Positions 52,401 through 61,400 of a stretch of DNA of 64,000 bases are shown here, one piece after another. The position numbers and the translations under genes were made by a program. Location: NCBI GenBank assembly GCA_965644265.1, contig OZ286461.1:95666001-95730000 (forward strand). Reading direction: 5' to 3'. This DNA comes from Glycera tridactyla. Lineage: Eukaryota. The notes under the pieces were generated by a model. That model worked only from the letters and a program-made list of their open reading frames with translations. It made no database searches and was not told the origin of the DNA. Every line of letters starts with the position of its first letter. Position 1 is the stretch's first letter.

Positions 52401-55400
52401 GACGGTGGGAACTCCGGCGAGTTATCATTCATGTCTTGCACTTTGACGGAGATATCAGCACTGCTTGAACGAGGATTGTCAACCCCTGTTTCTGTGACAA
52501 TCACCTGAGAAGAATACAGTGAGTGATGATGCAACATATCTATTATTTCATCCAAAACAAATGTTTTAGCATTTCGTATACGAAATATTCAGTACAAAAG
52601 ATTTTGACTCATACATATGGGTGATCTTATCTGGGGTGATTAATGATCAAATCTCTGCGAAGGAAAGATGGCCTGATAAGCTATTCCCCACACCATGCTG
52701 AGAGAAGTTGTTTCCATACATTGTTGAATATTTCCCATTCCTACTTGTATCAGTCAGCAGAAAATTCAGTATTAAAACATTCTTCATTCCGAAACCAATA
52801 TAGGAAATAATACCCCACATAACACGCTGAATTCAGCACCACCATCAATTCTGAAACTTGATTTGCATGTAAAATTCATAATAAAGCAAGAATTCATGTA
52901 CACAATAACTTACCTTGAAATTGACTTCTTTTGTTGTTTCATAATCGAGATCATTGACATTGAGAACAACAAATCCATCGGTTGTTACACCAAATATTCC
53001 AGTGCCATCCACACGGTATGTGAATTGTGTTTCCTCATCATCTTCAGTCTGGATAAAAACCATACCAAAATCTAAATGAGAACCTAATATGTTGATTAGG
53101 ATGAAATGGATGAAGTCGATGATTATCACATCATTTCCGACTTCTGTGATCCATTGCACAGTGCCCATTTTATCTGAAATCAATCCACCAGTGATTGGCA
53201 TGACCAATACCAGTCAAACAGTCCCTTTTGACCACGAAAAGCGAAATTGACATATCAAGAGTGACATCAGGAGGGGAAAATGAGAATGAATAATGGGTGC
53301 ATTATGATATTTGAAATCACTTCTGATCTTGTGTGTGCGTGTGTGTGTGTGCATATGCGTGTGCGCGTGTGCGTGTGGGTGTGTGCGTGTGCATGTGTGT
53401 ATTGTTACATTCTCATCTGTTGGCATTAGCAAGTAATAGAACTGCCTGGGGTTGCATGTCTTGCCCAATAAATATTCTGAAATCAGAATCAAAATCACAG
53501 AAAAACCAACAGATACATTGTTGGGCAAAGCTGTCTCAAGAGATTGTTTTAAACAGTAACCAATAAAGCTATACCAAGGGGGTATCATGAATCTTCCTCC
53601 CAAAATCATTAATGCCACATTGGCTGCACGTAGTAACAAAATAGAAGATTAGATGATAGTTTGAGAGGGCTTCCTGTCACAAACACAAGTGAATATCTCT
53701 AGTTATTCAAGAACATATGGTTCATTGCTGAGACATTTCATATAAAATGGAAAATTATTTTCTTCAATATTTTTCACATCAAACACTCACTGCATATCTT
53801 GAAGGCTGGTAGTGCATTTTGCAAATCTACTCTACCAAGGATGGGGATTTTCTTTTATCTAATCTGGAACACTCAAGTTCACATTCATAATTTCTCAAAT
53901 GATGTAAATATTACTTATGTTCTAATAAATGTATTGGTTGAATTTTATCTCCCTGCATGGCAGGATATCACTCACACAAATTGTGGAAGAGACTGATGAT
54001 GATGAGTTCATTTTCCACGATAAGTTCACAGAGATGACAGAAGAGGTGGACCTACCTGATCTGGGTCTGAAGGTATGAGCCGTAGATGGGTTGTGCCTTG
54101 GGCATTGCTGACAAAGGTGTTCCGTCCTGAGTTCTCATATATGTAGCCAGTCAAATCCACAATAGTACTTGAAATCTCTGGTGGATACTCATTGGTGGAT
54201 GTTATATGAACTGTCAGAGTGGAGGTGGTGAATCTCCGGATCTCAGATACTTCCTCAGCCTATAAGACAAAACCAAATACAGTTGAGACAATCACTCATT
54301 GCTATGCATGCATTGTGAAGATATTCATGTGAAATTGTAGATAATTTGTTGATCATGATGCAGCCCTTTTCACATCATCAACAGGCAAAGATAGGCTTGG
54401 GGTTGTGACCACAGGACACTACAATTTGTCAACATGGTCAATCGTTGACAATTCTTGGACAGCAGAATTTGGGCCAGGTAGTAACTATGAGTCTATCTTG
54501 TTTTTACATAAGTTGCTGTCTAATGTCTGCAAAACTGCAGATCTGGTTTTTATGAGATGTCATCATGGATACCAGCATCACCTCTTCTGGAGCTACCATA
54601 TAGATGAGGTGTACTTGTAGGGGTGCCACAAGTATTGGTGACTGTGTGATAAGAATTCCGAGACTCCTTGATAATAATGTCTATTAGATGGTTTGCAGAA
54701 TGCTGTTTTCACATTTCTAAAGTAGACAAAATCAATCAAGTGACGCTGTGATTTTATAAAGTAAATTAATTCAATCTCTTAAATCACGCTTAGTAGATAT
54801 GATCTAATTAAAGCCTGGAACTCCAGCAATTCGCAAAAGGACATCTGTTGGACCTGAATGAATGTCAGGATAGTCAATGTAGATTCTTCACACTGTTGAA
54901 TGTGGACTAAACATACTCATCCTGCAAGGACATCAGGGTTACAGGATATGGACTTGAGGTAGCTGAGCACATTTTGAGACTTTCTTTGGGCTCAGTAGTC
55001 ACCGTCAGCAGTATACGGTCCTTTTACAAGTAGGCAGACTTACCTTGACAACCATCACAATCTCCCGATATTGCTGTCTGTCGATGCCCTGGTGTTGAAG
55101 AACTAAACCACTATTGCTGTCAATACTGAAGTACTCATCATAGTTGTCAGGAGTGCCTGGAAATCCGGAATCAAATCCAAATATCATTCATAGAACAGAA
55201 TCAATTATATGGCCCATACTAGCACGAGAAATCACTTCAAGCTGAAGGACTACTCAACAATCAGTATCTCTGCACAGCGGGGTCTATAATGAGCACGCCT
55301 GTGATAAGCATTCACCTGTCATTTGCAAACATGTTTTCTCAAAGAAAATGTCTGATTCCTTTTGAATTTACCTGCAATCATCAAGCAGCCTGTCTTGAAG

Positions 55401-58400
55401 CAGCGAAATTTGACTATTAGACTGATTGATCAGTACTTGTTATGAAATTTAAACAATGGGTCAAATCTCAATCATATTGTCCAAACCATACTCAGAGATT
55501 TTAGGTGGTTCCTCATCACAGCGTTTGCTGTAATTTCTTCCCATGAGTGTAGTCAGGTTGAATCAAAACCAAAAAAAGACAGGGTTTTAAGACAGGCAAC
55601 CTCTGACTTATAAGGATATTTAGCATGCAGACTTCTCTGCCATGCAGTCTTATCAAGAGTACAAAGCCTTTATGCAAGGTACTCTCTTTGTAAATTAGAA
55701 GTGCTCAGTGAATGTGGATGCTCAGTGAAGTGCATCCTGGTCACAGAAGTAGTAAATGGCAAAATTAGAATAGGTAAACTTTTTGCACTCAGTGATGTTG
55801 AGGATCAAAACATTCACTCCTGATTCAATTGGACTCTTGCCATACTTGTGTGCCAAATTTGAGATGTCCCGCCCTTGAGAGTTGCTTTCTGCAGACCTTA
55901 AAATTCAAGATGGCTGGCCCAAAATATTTAAGCACCATGCAACAGCTGACATGAGTCTACCAATAAATTTGATGAATCTTATCCATTCAGAGTTATCATC
56001 CAGAAACCAAGGGGACACCCACATTACATTGGGGTTGATTCAAAAACATAATGTCCCTGGTATATATATGACAAAAGCTACAAAACCAAATCTGACTCAC
56101 CTCCAAGCAGGCTGTACTGTATAGGATAGTTGAGGGTATCCCGGTCTTCAGCTTTGATTGGCTCAGGTCCAATAGTCAACTGACCAACCTGAAAATCATT
56201 AGATCACACTTGTGTGAATTGCTAATATAAGTACAACCACTCATCATGCTAATGTGCTCACCGTTAATGCTTCAAAATAACACTACCTTGAGCAGATATG
56301 ATATGATGTTATTTTTCCTGAGAAAGATATTTTTATTTGAGAAAACTTCCAAAATTACCAGAATGTTCAGTTGCAGTTAATATTTGGTTATATCCACCAA
56401 TTTTGAATAATTGAAATGCAATTCCTAACCTTTTTGTTCAACTTCCCGTGGGGAATGCATGGTAGGGATTTGGCTGATGTTTGCTCAGTTTGCAAAACTG
56501 AACACCCCCAGGTACCCTTTGTTGATTTATTTCAATTCTATAAGCTTCCAAACTAAATTTTGTGATGTACGATCTGCTCATGCTTTGGTCTGATTTGAAC
56601 TCAATATCCAAAAAATAGTGCTCAATTCAAATTTAATTCTGAGAATATACTCTTCCCTATCATTGAACATTCTGAAAATTATAATGGAATTTTTACTTTA
56701 TTTTTGGGTACTCATATATAGACTTGCAACAATGTACATTGTTTAGGTGCTGGCACATGTATTCATATGATTATCCATTACATAGACTCATAATCTTTGT
56801 TCAAAACTCACTGAAAAAATATAAGTATTTGGGTTGAATTTCTGAACAGGTGATCAGGTGAAAAATATGATACTTTTTGCAAAAAAATGGTTCTCGGCCC
56901 CAAAGTGATCCATGATGAATTAAGATTCATGATCATCCATTGTATCATTAGGACTGCTAACTGAGTCATTGTGAATTATAACAAGGAAATGGATCCAGAG
57001 TGAGTCAAAATGCATTTATTGTGTACTAGTGATGTTTAGTAATATATTATCAGTATAAACATGTTGAAAACCCAGCTACATATCTGTAATATGGTTACAT
57101 ATACTGTACATATCTAGGGAGGGTTTGACCAAACAGATTGGTAGTTCTAGGACTAAAAGCAAGATACTATCTTCAAATTGTGTGGTGATCTCCCTTTATT
57201 GGTTCTTATATTTCAGTTCTGATGATGTATGATACAAGTTGAGAAAACCCAGAACAACAGACCATTATTCAATATCTCCGCCAATATGAAGTTTCAACAG
57301 TTTATTTTGATTGCAGTCAGAAATATTATATAGATTGATTTGTGTTGAGTTATGATGAATCTGTGCTAGAATTGATATGACCCTCGTTCAACAATTTCAC
57401 AATCAAACTTAATGACAGATTCAGCCGAAATCTGTTGAAATGAAAATCTGAAGCGAACACTGAATAATCCAATTTTAAAATAAATAAATTATAACACTAT
57501 TGATAAGCATGCTGAACTGGGAAGCATAATGAATGAATTGATTTGGGCTGTAAAACAAAATACAATTTATGACAGAAATGATTGAGAAACAAAAGCAAAC
57601 AACAATCAACTAGATAAATTGTCTAGATGTTGTTAAAAACCAAGACAAACAACACTAATGGCAACGAAGCACATACACACATTCAATGTAGAAGTCTACT
57701 GTCGGGAACAGATGATAATGTTGAACATGAATACAAGGAATATATACAAACTAAAAGATAAGTTAAATATTTGACACTCTTCAATAAGATATCACAATGG
57801 AGATATGACGGAATCAATAATTTTTTTCGATCAAATTTCACATAGATTGTTTACTTTAAAAAGCATATGAATTGATTCACGTTCATAAACCTGCTCTAAA
57901 TATGGAAAAATTTTACCTACTAGACAGTAACTTCACTTGAAACCTAACACATACATGTTCATCAAAAACTACATTTGCCATTTTATTCATATCTATTCAA
58001 TGATATGATATGGAATCAAGCAGAACTGTTCACTTTTATTCTACATCACTACCTAACTACCTGAGTATGATAGTGGGAGTGCTGATGGTGGTATCAAGAA
58101 ATTATGGCATTACGGGACATTCAGGGAATCATACCTGCCGACTTTTACTGTCAAAAAGGCAACAATTTATGACCAGGTAAAATAGTTTTCCACCATCTAC
58201 ACTACAAGTATCCATCGCTTTCCCAAAAAAAGTTAGGATAATGGCGGCAATGACAATGACAATAGAAAGAAGGGGTTTAATCAGCTCACACTACCAGCAC
58301 ACTGCACGGACTTTTCAGATGAATCAACCAATCTCTATGTACACATGATCAGGAGTTTTTTATTAATATCATGACAAATATTACACATCTAGGGTTCAGC

Positions 58401-61400
58401 ATAATGAGAAAGAGAACTTCCCCTCTGACTGAGGAGAAAATCACATACAGGTTTTTTTTTGCAGAGACCACTTATCAGATTTCATGATTGTTCGAAAGCC
58501 CTAGACATTTCAAGAAATGCATTGTCAATTGTATGAAAAAATTAGGTTATTTTGATATTCAATATTTCCACAAATATGATGATATCAGCAGCTTCAATCA
58601 CTGCAGTCATCAGGAAATATCCAAATATTTCTCTCCGCCTTCCCAATGAATTTCATGACAAGGTCAAATAATGACAATAAGATTAAATATTTCTTTCACA
58701 TTGGTTTTATGAATGTATGTGTCCATGAAATTTTGCAGTTGGGGCAATAGGTCAAGAAATGGAACAGAAGATGATCAAGCAACAGCAAATATGCAGTAGC
58801 CCTTGGTTGAGAAAAGAATGCGGATGCGTTCTGAAAGCTTCCACGTCTGGATCTTTCCACTGTGACTACCATGAATTCTTACCTCCCCCCAAAAAGTTCC
58901 TGATTGTGATTGTTCATTATAAATTTTATTGAATGAAGCAGATTGATTCTATTGCGACCTTGCTAAACATGGCAAACAAACCAAGAAAACAAAACAGCTA
59001 TGACAGGCATCTGGGGCAGTGCTTTCACACAATGTTTGAAGTACTTACACGGCCATTTCGGCCAACAGCCTGTGGTAAAGAAAACAATCAAGTGCAGTTT
59101 CATCAACTGAAAGTGAACCCTGTGCTACACAAAAACTGTCATTGTGACCAAGTGTGACATCGATGAATATACTACTTCATTTGCCCACATGCTCATGCAT
59201 ACAGTGAAACCTGTGGAGAGACCACACAATGAGAAACCAACTACGAAGAGAACACTTTTTCAGGGCAGATATTCTCAACCGAGAGGCCGCATTTGTTGAC
59301 ATTTAGGGTAGTCACTGGTCACNNNNNNNNNNNNNNNNNNNNNNNNNNNNNNNNNNNNNNNNNNNNNNNNNNNNNNNNNNNNNNNNNNNNNNNNNNNNNN
59401 NNNNNNNNNNNNNNNNNNNNNNNNNNNNNNNNNNNNNNNNNNNNNNNNNNNNNNNNNNNNNNNNNNNNNNNNNNNNNNNNNNNNNNNNNNNNNNNNNNNN
59501 NNNNNNNNNNNNNNNNNNNNNNNNNNNNNNNNNNNNNNNNNAGAACTAGGTCACACATGCCATTACTCACTCGACCAGTGTTTCCTATAGCCTGCATTTA
59601 ACATTCATATTATTCAATACATCTCTGAAATAGTAATTTCAATACTTTCTGAATCACCATTTGGGACATGAAACCTTTCAAAAATTTACCCCTAAATATT
59701 CAGCCATATCAAATAATTGCATCTAGGTCTTATTCCAATTCATTATGGAAAACTTCCAAGTTTACATTCTTACAATCTATATGCATGACTTAGAAATATA
59801 TTGCTGAATATGATCAACTGTTGAAATGCCATTTCACCAGCACTTCATGTAGTCAGTAGGCTACTAGCAGTCAAGATAAAGGCTCAATCATTGTTTCAAA
59901 TATTTCCTAATTGTGACAGATTTCAACCAGATATAAAAGTTAGCAATAATATGAACTGTGCTTTATTTTTCACAAGATGAACATCTGAAGACTGGTTGAT
60001 GGCCAAAAACTCATTTAATCTCACCGTTAGATTATCAAACTCACAGAACTGGTAAATGACTGAATATCATGATGATGGAGAATATTCTCATTGCATTAGA
60101 TTTTACCATGGCACCTACAGAAAATGATTTGTCAAAGAAAAGAGCATTGTGAACCATCTCAGAAAATGGTAATTTCAACAAGAGGTGGACAGAATCCATT
60201 CCTAATAGGACCAGGAGAACATCATAAATGAATCAAGTGCTTTATTACAAGTGACTTGGTTCCCTCAGAAACAGTCGTAGCTTATCTCAGATTTTATAGC
60301 ACACATATCTAATTTGCATCACAAAACCAGGTTTATGAAATGGGTAGCATCATTCTTAGGGGATTGCCCTTCAACATTTAAGTGACAGGGATGACTTACA
60401 AGTTACTAGTTTATACTAGAATATGATTGAAGAGGGTTTCAAATGAGCATGCTTTCTCTTGTGTTCAACGATATATTAATTGATGAATCAGTAGATCAAC
60501 TTACAATCATTTAAGTTTCTCTTTCTAACAATGTACAAATTATTATATTTTATGGTAATGGGCAGGCTTTGAGACAGCTGGTATCTGGATTCAATAAACC
60601 TTGAAAAGTGACTTAATGTCTTAAATACTATATATCTATCATTTGCAAACTGCAGTCCTTGAGAAACTTTGATTGATAAGCCCAATTCTGAAAAAGAAAA
60701 CTCAGTCAATTTGGAAAACAATGTCGATGGAGTATAGTGAAATTCAATACTTACAACAGAATTACTTGGGACTGATGCATAGTACTGGGGGTCAATGCAT
60801 CCCCCAAGATATGTATAACAACCGTTATATTTGAACGTGGGCCCCTGATCATCTCCGTCTGTAATCGTCACCCTCATTGTTGTGTATGATGTCCTCCGTG
60901 GAAATTCATAACTGTCATCCTATAAAGAGAATCAGAGAAACATGATGTGGGAACAAATTTCAGTATTGCAAGCATATGCAAATGATAAAGCCTCTCATGG
61001 ACCCAAGCTGCATACTCTCCAAATCAAGTGATTGGATCGGAGGAAGCATCCCCTTCCAAAGCTGCCATCAGACCGTCCAACAGATCATCATTTTCATATT
61101 CACCCATTTTTACAAGTTGAATATCACCTCTGCGAGATCACAGATTTAGCTTGCTCTACAATGATGTTTGGTTAATGGAATACCTGCTACCGCAGAGATG
61201 GCCAGGATTGCCTGAACACAATTTTCTTCATGTTTTATGTCATGGAAATTTACTGAATAACTACTTCCTGACAGACCAGCCGATTGGAGTCTGGCACTTG
61301 ATGCATTACACTCGACTTGACCTCACATGACCTGTGAAGGCACTGCTCAAGCCTTCACATCTGAGCCCTCCACTAATTCAACTCTCGGGAAAATATGAAG